From: Atribacterota bacterium
Lineage (GTDB): Bacteria; Atribacterota; Phoenicimicrobiia; Phoenicimicrobiales; Stramentimicrobiaceae
Direction: 5' to 3'
Assembly: GCA_040767965.1 (NCBI GenBank)
Contig: JAXGNR010000004.1
Location: 96,001 to 160,000, forward strand
Length of the DNA: 64,000 nucleotides
Part shown: one piece after another, positions 20,278-29,876 of the stretch
Position numbering within the stretch: the stretch's first letter is position 1
How the letters are laid out: every line of letters begins with the position of its first letter
Translations under genes and position numbers: made by a program
The notes under the pieces: model-generated
What the model was told of the DNA's origin: nothing
Database searches by the model: none
Seen by the model: only the letters and a program-made list of their open reading frames with translations

Positions 20278-21366
20278 ATGGCAAAAATGACAGGATTGAT
20301 ATCTGATGAAAACGGCAAATTAAAATTGAAAGATATGCCTGTTCCAACTTTGGGAGATAATCCATATTCACCAAATGATGTTTTGATAGAAGTGAAGTAT
20401 TGTGGAGTATGCGGAAGTGATATTCATAATTGGGATGGAGGAAAAGGTGATAAGGTAAAAAAATCTCCCCCAAATGTGGTTATGGGTCACGAAATTGCAG
20501 GGATTGTAAAGGCAATAGGAGAAAATGTTACCAGATTTAAGCCTGGAGACAGGGTTACTTGCGAGATAGTTACTTTTTATTGTGGCCACTGTGCTGCCTG
20601 CAGAGAGGGAAGGTACAACATATGTAACAATTTAGAGCCTATGAAAGGAAGGGCTCATTTTGTAACCGGTGGAGGATTTGCAAAATATACAGTTTGGCCA
20701 GAAAACCAATTACATAAATTGCCAGAGAATATATCCCTGAAAGAGGCTGTTCTGATGGAGCCGACCGCTGGTTCTATTCATAGCATAATCTCCAGAATGA
20801 ATGTAAAAGCCGGCGAATCTGTAGCTATACTTGGCCCTGGAGCCAGAGGATTGTTAATGTTGCAAGTATGTAAAGCCATAGGTGCTGGCCCAATATTGAT
20901 ATCTGGTTTAACAAGAGATGAGTCATTCAGACTACCAATGGGAGAAAAACTTGGAGCAGATTACATTGTTAATGTAGAAAAAGAAAATATAAGAGAGCGG
21001 GTAAAAGAAATTAATGATGGTAATGGTGTAGATGTAGTTTTGGAAAATACAGGCTCAACTGAACCTATAGATGAATCATTGGATATTGCCAGAAAAGGCG
21101 GTAGAGTTTTATGGGCAGGAGGAGGAATAAGGGGTGGTATAATAGCACCTGTTGATACTTATAAAATAATTGTTAAGGAGCTCGATGTTAGAGGTGAAAT
21201 ATCACAGATTCCTTATGATTGGCTAACTGCTATTTATTTAGTTTCAACAGGGAAAATAGAATTAAAACCTTTAGTAACTCACACTTTTTCTCTAGAACAA
21301 TGGGAAGAAGCTTTTTCTGTAGCCGCAACCAGTCCTGAATGTTTGCGAGTGGCAATCGAGATCTAG
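20278..21366 (+). CDS. Zn-dependent MDR alcohol/polyol dehydrogenase
   Basis: CGSD, GHE, CxxCxxC-x7-C, GPGARG Rossmann motif. Confidence 0.9.
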   Translation: MAKMTGLISDENGKLKLKDMPVPTLGDNPYSPNDVLIEVKYCGVCGSDIHNWDGGKGDKVKKSPPNVVMGHEIAGIVKAIGENVTRFKPGDRVTCEIVTFYCGHCAACREGRYNICNNLEPMKGRAHFVTGGGFAKYTVWPENQLHKLPENISLKEAVLMEPTAGSIHSIISRMNVKAGESVAILGPGARGLLMLQVCKAIGAGPILISGLTRDESFRLPMGEKLGADYIVNVEKENIRERVKEINDGNGVDVVLENTGSTEPIDESLDIARKGGRVLWAGGGIRGGIIAPVDTYKIIVKELDVRGEISQIPYDWLTAIYLVSTGKIELKPLVTHTFSLEQWEEAFSVAATSPECLRVAIEI

Positions 21367-21431
21367 TGACAAAATATTTATAAAAACTTTAAAGAGAAAT
21401 AATTATTATTTAAAAATATTTAAATTTTTAT

Positions 21432-21524
21432 AACAATTTAGAAAATAAAAAAGACCAGTTTTTGGCTAAATACCTTTTTATAGTATTTTTGCTGATGCTG
21501 GTCTTTTTTATTTTCTAAATTGTT
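21432..21524. repeat. Perfect 27-bp inverted repeat with 39-bp spacer
   Basis: AACAATTTAGAAAATAAAAAAGACCAG (21432-21458) and its exact reverse complement (21498-21524). Confidence 0.85.
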
Positions 21525-21569
21525 TTTGATTTTTTTGAGAAAAAATATTGCCTGTTTAAATTATTCTTA

Positions 21570-21598
21570 TTGCACAAAAATATTTAAAATGGTATCCT
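21570..21598 (+). promoter_or_regulatory. Putative promoter of the acid-catabolism operon
   Basis: TTGCAC-17-TATCCT with extended -10 TG. Confidence 0.45.
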
Positions 21599-21830
21599 AC
21601 AAATATAAATATTTCATGAAAAATATCATACAAATTATTCCCTAAACAAATTTATTATAAGCTAATAGCAAGGATTTAAGTTATGCTTATTTATTTTAAT
21701 TTGTTTCTTTCCATCACTTTTTTCGCACCTATTTAGTTATATTATATAGTCTAAACATCTTAATTTTATTCAAATAAAATTTGAGATAAAATACATAATT
21801 ACAATAAAAAATAAAAGGAGTGTAAGGATT

Positions 21831-22751
21831 ATGTTTAAGCCTGAAGGCGTGTATGTAGCCATGATGACAATTTTTGATGAAAATGGGGAGTTGAATGAAA
21901 AACAAATAAGAAGATTTGTAGATTTTCAAATTGAAAAAGGAGTGGATGGTATTTTCCCCAATAGTAGTCTTGGAGAATTTGTGAGAATGAATGATGCTCA
22001 AAGAATGAGATTGAATGAGATTGTAGTGGAACAGGCTGATGATAGAGTCCCTGTTGTTCCCGGTGTTGCTGCTGCCAGCACAGACCAATGTATTTCTTTT
22101 GCAAAACAGGCTGCTGATGTTGGCTGTAAAGCTGTTGTTATTTGTCCCCCATATTATATTCCTATTTCTCAACCAGAAATTCAAAAGCATTTTGAAATAA
22201 TTGCAGATAAAATTGAACTACCCGTAGTTCTTTATAATATACCAGGATTCACACAAGCAATTTCTTATGACACCGTAAATAACCTGGCTTCACACCCTAA
22301 TATAGTGGGAATGAAAGACAGCAGTGGGAGCATGGTTGATTTAATACATTTTAAAGATTGTGCTGGTGATAATGATTTCAATATGTTAACAGGAAGAGAG
22401 GATATGTTTCTCCCAGCGCTTTTTATGGGAGCCAAAGGTTGCATGACCGGTGCTTCTGGATATATCCCCGAGATAATGGCTGAAATATACAGATTATTTA
22501 AAAAAGGCGATTATGAAGAAGCTAAAAAGGTGCAAACTTCATTCTTGAAAATAGTCAGACTTGCAGGACAGCTTCCTTTCCCGGCAGGTCACCAGCTGGT
22601 ACTGGCATTAAGAGGTTTTGAAATAGCTAACAAACAGCCTCTGGCGGATCAATCTCTTAGCAAGTATGGCGAAATAAAAAAACAATTAAAAGCAGAATTG
22701 GAAGGATTAACAAGTTTGGGATTAGAATCTTTTGAAGTTGTTTATAAATAA
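21831..22751 (+). CDS. DHDPS/NAL family class I aldolase or dehydratase
   Basis: LYNIP Tyr and GMKDSSG Schiff-base Lys; SSLGE replaces the DapA GTTGE motif. Confidence 0.88.
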   Translation: MFKPEGVYVAMMTIFDENGELNEKQIRRFVDFQIEKGVDGIFPNSSLGEFVRMNDAQRMRLNEIVVEQADDRVPVVPGVAAASTDQCISFAKQAADVGCKAVVICPPYYIPISQPEIQKHFEIIADKIELPVVLYNIPGFTQAISYDTVNNLASHPNIVGMKDSSGSMVDLIHFKDCAGDNDFNMLTGREDMFLPALFMGAKGCMTGASGYIPEIMAEIYRLFKKGDYEEAKKVQTSFLKIVRLAGQLPFPAGHQLVLALRGFEIANKQPLADQSLSKYGEIKKQLKAELEGLTSLGLESFEVVYK

Positions 22752-22787
22752 ATATTTTTTGTAGTTTTTATAAATAAGATAATATAG

Positions 22788-22831
22788 AAAATCAGACTAA
22801 TATCCATATCAAAAAATATTAGTCTGATTTC
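22788..22831 (+). terminator. Intergenic hairpin (terminator or RNA stabiliser)
   Basis: AAATCAGACTAATAT...ATATTAGTCTGATTT. Confidence 0.65.
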
Positions 22832-22869
22832 ACCTAAAACCAACAAAAACAAAAGGAGAGAAAAAAGAA

Positions 22870-23592
22870 ATGTCAAAAGAAAGAGAATTATTGGAAAAGC
22901 TGAAAAATCATGACACCCCTTCAGTCACTAACGTAGTTGCCACTTACCCGAAAAACCCCTTATGCCTGGGTCTGTACAATCCCTGGAACCAGAACTGGTA
23001 CACTGATCAGACCATCCGCTGCATGTACCCTGAATTAGGACGCCTGGCCGGTTATGCAGTCACCTGTGTCTTTGGTCTGCCAGATCCCAACTACTCCAAA
23101 TTGTCCTTCATGGATGTCATTGATGCCTTAGAACAATCCCCCCAACCAACCATTTTAATACTCAAACAAGCCTTCCCGCCTGAAATAGCCGGTAAAGTAG
23201 GTCTCTCTGGCGGAAACATGACCACTGCCTTAAAATCTATCGGTTGTTTGGGAGTAGTCTCTGATGGCCCATCCCGTGATATCGATGAAATCCGTCCCAT
23301 GGGCTTCCAGTACATGTTAACAGGAGTAACTGCAGGCCATGGTGATATGGCAGTTCATGCTGTTAATGTTCCGGTTTCTGTAGGCGGTATGGATGTAGCC
23401 CCGGGAGAAATCATCCACATGGATGAAAACGGTGCCTGCAAATTCCCTGCAGACAAATTAGAGCAGGTGGTCAAAAACCTGGAATTACTCCAGAAAGAAG
23501 AAACAGAACGCATGTCCGCCCTCTCCAAAGCCAAAACAGCTGCTGAAATAAGAGCTATCTTTGGCGGTAAATCATATGGAGCTAAGAAATAA
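22870..23592 (+). CDS. RraA family protein (HMG/CHA aldolase-like)
   Basis: DTPSV, GYAVT, GGNM, DGPSRDIDEI, PGEIIHMDENG. Confidence 0.85.
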   Translation: MSKERELLEKLKNHDTPSVTNVVATYPKNPLCLGLYNPWNQNWYTDQTIRCMYPELGRLAGYAVTCVFGLPDPNYSKLSFMDVIDALEQSPQPTILILKQAFPPEIAGKVGLSGGNMTTALKSIGCLGVVSDGPSRDIDEIRPMGFQYMLTGVTAGHGDMAVHAVNVPVSVGGMDVAPGEIIHMDENGACKFPADKLEQVVKNLELLQKEETERMSALSKAKTAAEIRAIFGGKSYGAKK

Positions 23593-23771
23593 CAAAGACT
23601 TAAAAGATATTCTGCCTGCAGATTGCAGCTGGTAATAATAGATGCAAGAGGGGGGGTGAAAGTAAATTATAAAATATTGTTAGTTAATACTAATTTTAAT
23701 TTTCATAATTTGTCAAATAAGTAATTTAAGTCACAATAATTTATAAAAGGTATTAAGGAGAGCAGAATAAA

Positions 23772-24737
23772 ATGAAGAAATATTTAATTGTTTTAAGTTT
23801 AATAATGATAATGGTGTTTTCTTTTGCCGCAACATCTATGGCAGCATACCCGGAACGCCCTATCAGATCTGTTGTTCCCTTTAATCCAGGCGGCGGAACT
23901 GACTTATTGACCAGAACTATAGAAAAATATCTAGATCTTGACGGCCAACCTCTTGTTCCTGTCTACATTCCTGGTGCCTCCGGTCAAATCGGAGCAATGG
24001 AAACATATAGAGAAACACCAGACGGATATACCATCTTAGGCCACAACACCGATAACTTAATCGGTCAATTCTTATCTGGTGGAACAAATATAAGATTATG
24101 GGAAGAATTTGAAATAATTTGCAATATGGTACTGGACAATGCAGTAGTAATTACCCATCCAGGAACCGGCTGGAAAAACTGGGAAGATGTAGCAGAATTT
24201 GCCAAAGCAAATCCTGGTAAAGTATCCTGGGGTACTGAAGGATTAAGAACACCATCTGTAGCTGCTATTATGACCTTAAATGACCTGTATGGCTTTGATT
24301 TCCAGATTGTTCCTTATGACGGTGGAGCCAATGCCCGTGTATCTTTATTAGGAGGACATATTGAATTAGCCAGCGGCAGTGTTTCTGACATGCGCGAACT
24401 GCTGCGTTCCGGAGATGCAATTCCAGTTTTATATACAAGTGATAGAAAATCTCCATTTATTCAGGAAGGCGTATTAACTCCTACTGAAGCAGGAATTCCA
24501 GAATTTGGTATTACTCCAGGAGCTCAAAGAGCATACTTTGCTCCCCCAGGAACCCCCAAAGAAATAGTTGATTATCTGGCATCCAAATTTGAAGAAGTAG
24601 CCAATAACGAAGATTTCATCGCTGATATGGCTGCTGTCAACTATGGTGTTGATTTTATGGGTCCTGAAGAAGCAACTGCTCAGGCAAAAGAAGTTGCCAG
24701 TAGACTAGAAGCAGCATATAAAAAATATTTTGAATAA
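23772..24737 (+). CDS. tctC: Tripartite tricarboxylate transporter binding protein TctC/Bug
   Basis: Signal peptide, YPERPI..VVPFNPGGGTD, PDGYT, VPYDGG, PPGTP. Confidence 0.92.
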   Translation: MKKYLIVLSLIMIMVFSFAATSMAAYPERPIRSVVPFNPGGGTDLLTRTIEKYLDLDGQPLVPVYIPGASGQIGAMETYRETPDGYTILGHNTDNLIGQFLSGGTNIRLWEEFEIICNMVLDNAVVITHPGTGWKNWEDVAEFAKANPGKVSWGTEGLRTPSVAAIMTLNDLYGFDFQIVPYDGGANARVSLLGGHIELASGSVSDMRELLRSGDAIPVLYTSDRKSPFIQEGVLTPTEAGIPEFGITPGAQRAYFAPPGTPKEIVDYLASKFEEVANNEDFIADMAAVNYGVDFMGPEEATAQAKEVASRLEAAYKKYFE

Positions 24738-24816
24738 AATAATATTTTATAAAGATATTATAAGAAAAATGCTGTAATGTAAACAAACTTGTTAATCATC
24801 AAATTAAGAATTAACT

Positions 24817-24864
24817 TAGTATCAGATACCTGACAATAAAAAGTTGCCAGGTATCTGATACTAT
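24817..24864 (+). terminator. Hairpin after tctC (partial terminator or 3' stabiliser)
   Basis: TAGTATCAGATACCTG...CAGGTATCTGATACTA 16-bp stem. Confidence 0.7.
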
Positions 24865-24914
24865 CTCTATTACCAACACAAAAGGCAGTTTCCAATATAG
24901 GGAGGATGAACTGA

Positions 24915-25436
24915 GTGAAGATTAAAAGACGTGATTTAATATTAGGTATTATCCTATTAGTTTCCAGTGTCATATTATTATTTGAAACCAACAGAATTCC
25001 AGACGGCCCTCTTGACAGGATGGTCGGGGGAGCCGCCAGCCCGAGAGGCTTTATAACAATCTTTATTTATGCCTTATTGTTCTTTTCTGTTTTACTTCTC
25101 ATCAGCTCTTTTAGGCCGGCAAAAAAGAAGGCAGAAGAACAAGCTGTTCCGCATAAGCTCATCTCAAAAGAAGTATTCTTTTTGATGGTAGCCTTGCTCA
25201 TCTACATAGCAATTTTAAGAACAGTAGGATTTAATGTCAGCAGTTTCCTGCTACTGATGTTCTTTATCACTTATTTACAAATGCACGAAGAAAGAGTCAC
25301 CACCAAAGATAAGAAGAAATTTAACAATATTCTCTTAAAAGCCTTTATCATCTCCATTTCTTCTTTGATATTCCTCAACGTGGTATTTGTAAATTTACTG
25401 AATGTGACTTTACCCATGGGCTTTTTCGGCTTCTGA
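24915..25436 (+). CDS. tctB: TTT small permease TctB
   Basis: 4-5 TM segments, C-terminal LNVTLPMG; lies between tctC and tctA. Confidence 0.85.
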   Translation: MKIKRRDLILGIILLVSSVILLFETNRIPDGPLDRMVGGAASPRGFITIFIYALLFFSVLLLISSFRPAKKKAEEQAVPHKLISKEVFFLMVALLIYIAILRTVGFNVSSFLLLMFFITYLQMHEERVTTKDKKKFNNILLKAFIISISSLIFLNVVFVNLLNVTLPMGFFGF

Positions 25437-25523
25437 TTTGCCTGTACTGTAATGACATGCTTATTGGTTTGAAGAGTAATTATGCTAAATATTTTTAATT
25501 AAAATTGGAGGAAAGTACTAGAT

Positions 25524-27026
25524 ATGGATATTATACTTCTTGGTTTGAAGTTTTTTTCAGACCCCATTCCTTTAATAGGATTAGCCAGTGGTGTCCTTTT
25601 CGGCATCATCTTTGGCTGTATTCCCGGGCTGACAGCAACACTGGGAGTAATTTTAATTATTCCCTTCACTTTTGGAATGGCCCCGGAGCTGGGTATTTCT
25701 ATTCTGATTGGTATTTATGTAGGAGGTATCAGCGGAGGGCTTATTACAGCCATGCTATTAAATATCCCCGGAACACCTTCTTCCTTTGTAACCTGCTGGG
25801 ACGGATATCCCATGACTAAAAAGGGTTTACCCGGCACTGCTTTATCACTGGGAGTGTTCTCTTCAGGAGTAGGAGGAATGTTTTCAGCCTTTGCCCTGAT
25901 CTTTATTGCTCCTCAGTTATCCAAGGTAGCTCTGAAGTTCGGCAGCTGGGAATATTTTGCCATCATGATCCTGGGTATGAGCGTTGTGGTTATGATGACC
26001 AGCAATAACCCGGTAAAAGGACTTGCTGCCTCCTGTATTGGTATCATATTGGGGACAGTTGGTTTTGATGTAGTTTCCGGTGTTACCAGACTGACCTTTG
26101 GTGCCTGGCAGCTGCAGGGAGGAATTCACATCATTGCTTTAACCATGGGTATCTTTGCAGTAAGAGAAATCCTTGCCCAGGTTAACTCCGGACTGCAAAG
26201 CGGATCTACCGGAGAGGCAACGGAGATTAAGGATAAAATTAGACTTATTCCACCGAAAGAAGTCTTAAAAGGTACCGGTCCTGCTTTTATTCTGGGATGT
26301 TTTTACGGAACTTTAATGGGAATACTGCCAGGAGTAGGGCAGGGAACAGCTACTATGTTAGCCTACAATGGAGCCAGACAGTTATCCAAGCAGCCTGAAA
26401 AATTTGGCACAGGAGCTCCAGAAGGTTTAGTAGCTTCTGAGACATCCAATAATGCTGTTTGCGGTGGAGCTTTGATTCCTCTTTTAACTCTTGGAGTTCC
26501 TGGAGATACCGTTACAGCTGTCTTAATCGGTGGACTGATGATCCAGGGCATTCAACCTGGCCCCATGTTTTTCACTGCTTATCCCAGAATGGTAGGAGCG
26601 ATTATGGTAGCTTATTTTTTAGCCAATGTCTTTATGATGATCATGGAGCTGGGCTTTATGCGCATTTTTGTTAAAATATCCCGGGTACCATTATCTTTAC
26701 TGTTCCCGGTAATCCTGCTTAGCTGTATCTTCGGTACCTTCAGTACCAATAACCGGGTCTTTGATGTATGGATGCTGGTAGCAATTGGTGTAATCGGATA
26801 TTTCCTGATTGAATGTGATGTACCGGTACCTCCTATTGTGCTGGGTTATATCCTGGGTCCGATGATTGAGAAAAACTTCCGGACGGCTATGTATACCGCC
26901 AGAGGCAATGTGATGGCAATAACAGGAAGACCGGTAGCACTGGCTATTGTAATCTTTTCTGTAATTCTGGTAATCTGGCCTTACATTTCTGATTATTTGA
27001 AAAGAAGAAAAGCTTTAACTACTTAA
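25524..27026 (+). CDS. tctA: TTT large permease TctA
   Basis: GCIPGL, NIPGTP, DGYPM, ETSNNA, LTLGVPG, LGPMIE. Confidence 0.95.
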   Translation: MDIILLGLKFFSDPIPLIGLASGVLFGIIFGCIPGLTATLGVILIIPFTFGMAPELGISILIGIYVGGISGGLITAMLLNIPGTPSSFVTCWDGYPMTKKGLPGTALSLGVFSSGVGGMFSAFALIFIAPQLSKVALKFGSWEYFAIMILGMSVVVMMTSNNPVKGLAASCIGIILGTVGFDVVSGVTRLTFGAWQLQGGIHIIALTMGIFAVREILAQVNSGLQSGSTGEATEIKDKIRLIPPKEVLKGTGPAFILGCFYGTLMGILPGVGQGTATMLAYNGARQLSKQPEKFGTGAPEGLVASETSNNAVCGGALIPLLTLGVPGDTVTAVLIGGLMIQGIQPGPMFFTAYPRMVGAIMVAYFLANVFMMIMELGFMRIFVKISRVPLSLLFPVILLSCIFGTFSTNNRVFDVWMLVAIGVIGYFLIECDVPVPPIVLGYILGPMIEKNFRTAMYTARGNVMAITGRPVALAIVIFSVILVIWPYISDYLKRRKALTT

Positions 27027-27079
27027 TAACTATAATTTTTAGTTACTAACTAAATAAAACAAAACTTTTTAATATAGTT

Positions 27080-27124
27080 TTAGGAAATAGTTGGTTTAAA
27101 GCAATTGCCCCAACTATTTCCTAA
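27080..27124 (+). terminator. Intergenic hairpin after tctA
   Basis: TTAGGAAATAGTTGG...CCAACTATTTCCTAA. Confidence 0.65.
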
Positions 27125-27143
27125 CTAAAAGAAGGAGAATTTT

Positions 27144-28091
27144 ATGTTTAAAATACTATCGGTTGTAAAAAACCTGCCAAAAGAAATAACCGCTGAATAC
27201 AAAGAAATACAGATTGATGAAAAAGATACTATGACCAAAGAAGAAATGTTGAAGATAATTGAATTGTATGATGGTCTTATTGCTGGGGACTCAATCCAGT
27301 ATAACCATGAAATATTCAGTAAAGCAAAAAATCTGAAAGTTATTTCCAGGTTTGGAGTAGGTGTTGATAATGTCAATATTGCAGATGCCAGTAAGTTTAA
27401 TATAAAAGTAACCAATGCTCCTGCTGCCAATGCAGAATCCGTTGCCGAACATACTATTTGTTTAATGATAGCTGCTTCGAAAAATATTGCAGCACTTGAC
27501 AGAAAAATTAAAGCAAAAGAGTGGCCAAGGAACGAAGCTCACGGATTTGAATTGGCAAATAAGACTTTAGGACAGGTAGGATTTGGCAATATTGGTAAGC
27601 TGGTATCTTTAAAATGCAAACTGGCCTTTAATATGGATATTTTGGTTTATGATCCTTTTGTACCTCCTTATGAAATGGGTAATTTAGTTTATGGTAAAAA
27701 ATGCGAACTTGATTACATTTTGGAAAATAGTGATTTTATTTCAATTAATTTACCGGCAAATGATGCTACAAAAAATATGTTTGGCATGCAGGAATTTAAA
27801 AAAATGAAAAAAACAGCGGTGTTAGTTAATACCGGACGTGGAGAAGTGCTGGTGGAGGATGATCTGGCTGCAGCAGTTAGAAATGGAGAGATATTTGCAG
27901 CTGGATTAGATGTTTTAAAGTCCGAACCTGTTTCAAAAAATAGCCCTCTTTTAAAAGAAGATCGAATAATTATTACTCCCCATAGTGCATCTTTCACACC
28001 GGAAGCTTTTAACAAAGTACTGAGAACAGTTTTAGAAGACCAAATGAAAATATTTAGAAATGAGAAGCCATTCTTTCTAATTAATAAATAA
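27144..28091 (+). CDS. D-isomer-specific 2-hydroxyacid dehydrogenase
   Basis: RFGVGVDNV, SVAEH, GFGNIG, NTGRG, LDV..EP, TPHSA; no ACT domain. Confidence 0.92.
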   Translation: MFKILSVVKNLPKEITAEYKEIQIDEKDTMTKEEMLKIIELYDGLIAGDSIQYNHEIFSKAKNLKVISRFGVGVDNVNIADASKFNIKVTNAPAANAESVAEHTICLMIAASKNIAALDRKIKAKEWPRNEAHGFELANKTLGQVGFGNIGKLVSLKCKLAFNMDILVYDPFVPPYEMGNLVYGKKCELDYILENSDFISINLPANDATKNMFGMQEFKKMKKTAVLVNTGRGEVLVEDDLAAAVRNGEIFAAGLDVLKSEPVSKNSPLLKEDRIIITPHSASFTPEAFNKVLRTVLEDQMKIFRNEKPFFLINK

Positions 28092-28219
28092 TTGACCCAA
28101 AAGAGAAAACGACAAACCCAATGAATTCAAGCAATTAGGGAGGTGATAAATAAAATTATTTTTAGGAATTAGTTGTACTAATTTCAATAACTCAAAAAAA
28201 TAAATAAAAGGAGAAGAAA

Positions 28220-29263
28220 ATGATAAAGAGATTTATTTTGCCTTTGTTGTTAATTTGTATCCTGGGTTTTAGTATTAACGTGAGTGCTCAAACAGTTATT
28301 AGAATTTCTTATAATGCTCCAACAACACAAGATTCTTTAGTAGTGCAATGGGAGCAAGAACACGGTATGGCTGCAATATTTAAAAGTATTGTGGAAACAA
28401 GAACCGGTGGTGATGTTATAGTGGAATTGTACCCTGATTCTCAGCTGGGAGGGCATTTAGCCTCTGTAGAAATGGTGCAGGGTGGCACTATTCAAGCTGC
28501 TGTTGGCACAGGAATTATGGCTGGATTTTTCCCGGAATTTGAATTGATAAGTATCCCCTATCTGTTTAAATCTGAAGAAATAGCCTGGTACTTATTTGAT
28601 AATAGTGAATTCTGGGCTAATTTAATGGAAAAAATGGCTGAAGAAACCGGAATCAGATTATTAGGCATGGGGCAAAACGGGACCAGACATTTCACTCATA
28701 AAAGCAAATTTATTAAGAGCCCTGAAGATTTAAAAGGGGAAAAGATTAGAGTTATGCAATCTCCTGTATTTATTGAAATGATGAGATCTTTTGGAGCTGA
28801 AGCAGTTCCAATTGCCTGGACTGAACTATATACTTCTCTACAAACAGGAGTAGTTGCAGGACAGGAAAATCCAGTATCAGTTATTGTCAGTGGAAGTATT
28901 TATGAAGTGCAAAAATATATAACACTAGATGGACATTTGTGGAGTGAAGACGTTTTCGTGATCAATAACGATTTTTATAATAGCTTATCTGATGATGTAA
29001 AAGGTATTATCCAGTCAGCTATCAGACAGGCAGTGGTAGTTAACAGAGGAGTTGAAACAATTCATGCCAATGGTCCTGGGTTGGAAAAACTTATTGCAGA
29101 AGGTATGGAAGTGTATGTTCCCACTATTGAAGAGAAAAACAGATTTGCTGAAGTTGCTCAACCGGCCGTACTGGCATATTTAAGGGAAAAAATTGGTGAC
29201 GAACCGGTAGACGGCATGTTACAAGCTGTAGCTGAGGCAGAGGAAGCATTAGGGTTTAAATAA
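28220..29263 (+). CDS. dctP: TRAP transporter solute-binding protein DctP
   Basis: Signal peptide, YPDSQLG, DLKGEKIRVM, ELYTSLQTGVV.GQENP. Confidence 0.93.
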   Translation: MIKRFILPLLLICILGFSINVSAQTVIRISYNAPTTQDSLVVQWEQEHGMAAIFKSIVETRTGGDVIVELYPDSQLGGHLASVEMVQGGTIQAAVGTGIMAGFFPEFELISIPYLFKSEEIAWYLFDNSEFWANLMEKMAEETGIRLLGMGQNGTRHFTHKSKFIKSPEDLKGEKIRVMQSPVFIEMMRSFGAEAVPIAWTELYTSLQTGVVAGQENPVSVIVSGSIYEVQKYITLDGHLWSEDVFVINNDFYNSLSDDVKGIIQSAIRQAVVVNRGVETIHANGPGLEKLIAEGMEVYVPTIEEKNRFAEVAQPAVLAYLREKIGDEPVDGMLQAVAEAEEALGFK

Positions 29264-29269
29264 AAGAAA

Positions 29270-29305
29270 AAATAAATAGGGCAGTGTACACTGCCCTATT
29301 TATTT
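29270..29305 (+). terminator. Hairpin after dctP
   Basis: Palindrome AAATAAATAGGGCAGTGTACACTGCCCTATTTATTT. Confidence 0.7.
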
Positions 29306-29345
29306 AATATGGCTTATAAAAATAGCAAATTGGAGGGGTATAATT

Positions 29346-29876
29346 TTGGTCAGCAAAGAAACGAAAGAAGAAAATAATTCATTAATCTTATTAAACAATA
29401 TTAGTAATGTAATAGAAAAAATTGCCATTTACTGCTGTGTATCTTTAATTGCCATCTTGCTAGTTATTGTTTTAGCCCAAATCACTTTAAGATGGATTGG
29501 TTTTTCAATTCCCTGGACTGAGGAATTATCCCGTTTTTTAATGATCTGGGCTGGCTTGCTAGGGGCTAGTGTTGCCTTTAAAAGGGGAAGCCATATCGGT
29601 GTAGAGGTAGTTGTAAATTTATTTCCTGCTAAAATAAAATTTGTTATTAATCTAATAATTAGATTGATCGTAATTATTTTTATAGTTTATTTTATTAAAT
29701 ATGGCTGGGATGTTGCCTTCAAGGCACTCAGAGTAAGGTCTCCGGGATTGGAAATATTAATGTTTTGGCCAAAGCTATCCCTGCCTGTTGGTGGAATGAT
29801 AATGCTTATCCAGGCTGTTTGTTTATTTTTTACAGAAATATTTACAGGCTCTAAAGAAAAGGAGATTAGCACATGA
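29346..29876 (+). CDS. dctQ: TRAP small permease DctQ
   Basis: WTEELSRFLMIW, HIGV; 4 TM segments. Confidence 0.92.
   Translation: MVSKETKEENNSLILLNNISNVIEKIAIYCCVSLIAILLVIVLAQITLRWIGFSIPWTEELSRFLMIWAGLLGASVAFKRGSHIGVEVVVNLFPAKIKFVINLIIRLIVIIFIVYFIKYGWDVAFKALRVRSPGLEILMFWPKLSLPVGGMIMLIQAVCLFFTEIFTGSKEKEIST

Noticed and set aside
21831-22751. dapA (lysine biosynthesis)
   Set aside because: The GTTGE motif is altered and the context is catabolic.
27144-28091. serA
   Set aside because: No regulatory domains, and the gene is embedded between transporters, so substrate cannot be assigned.
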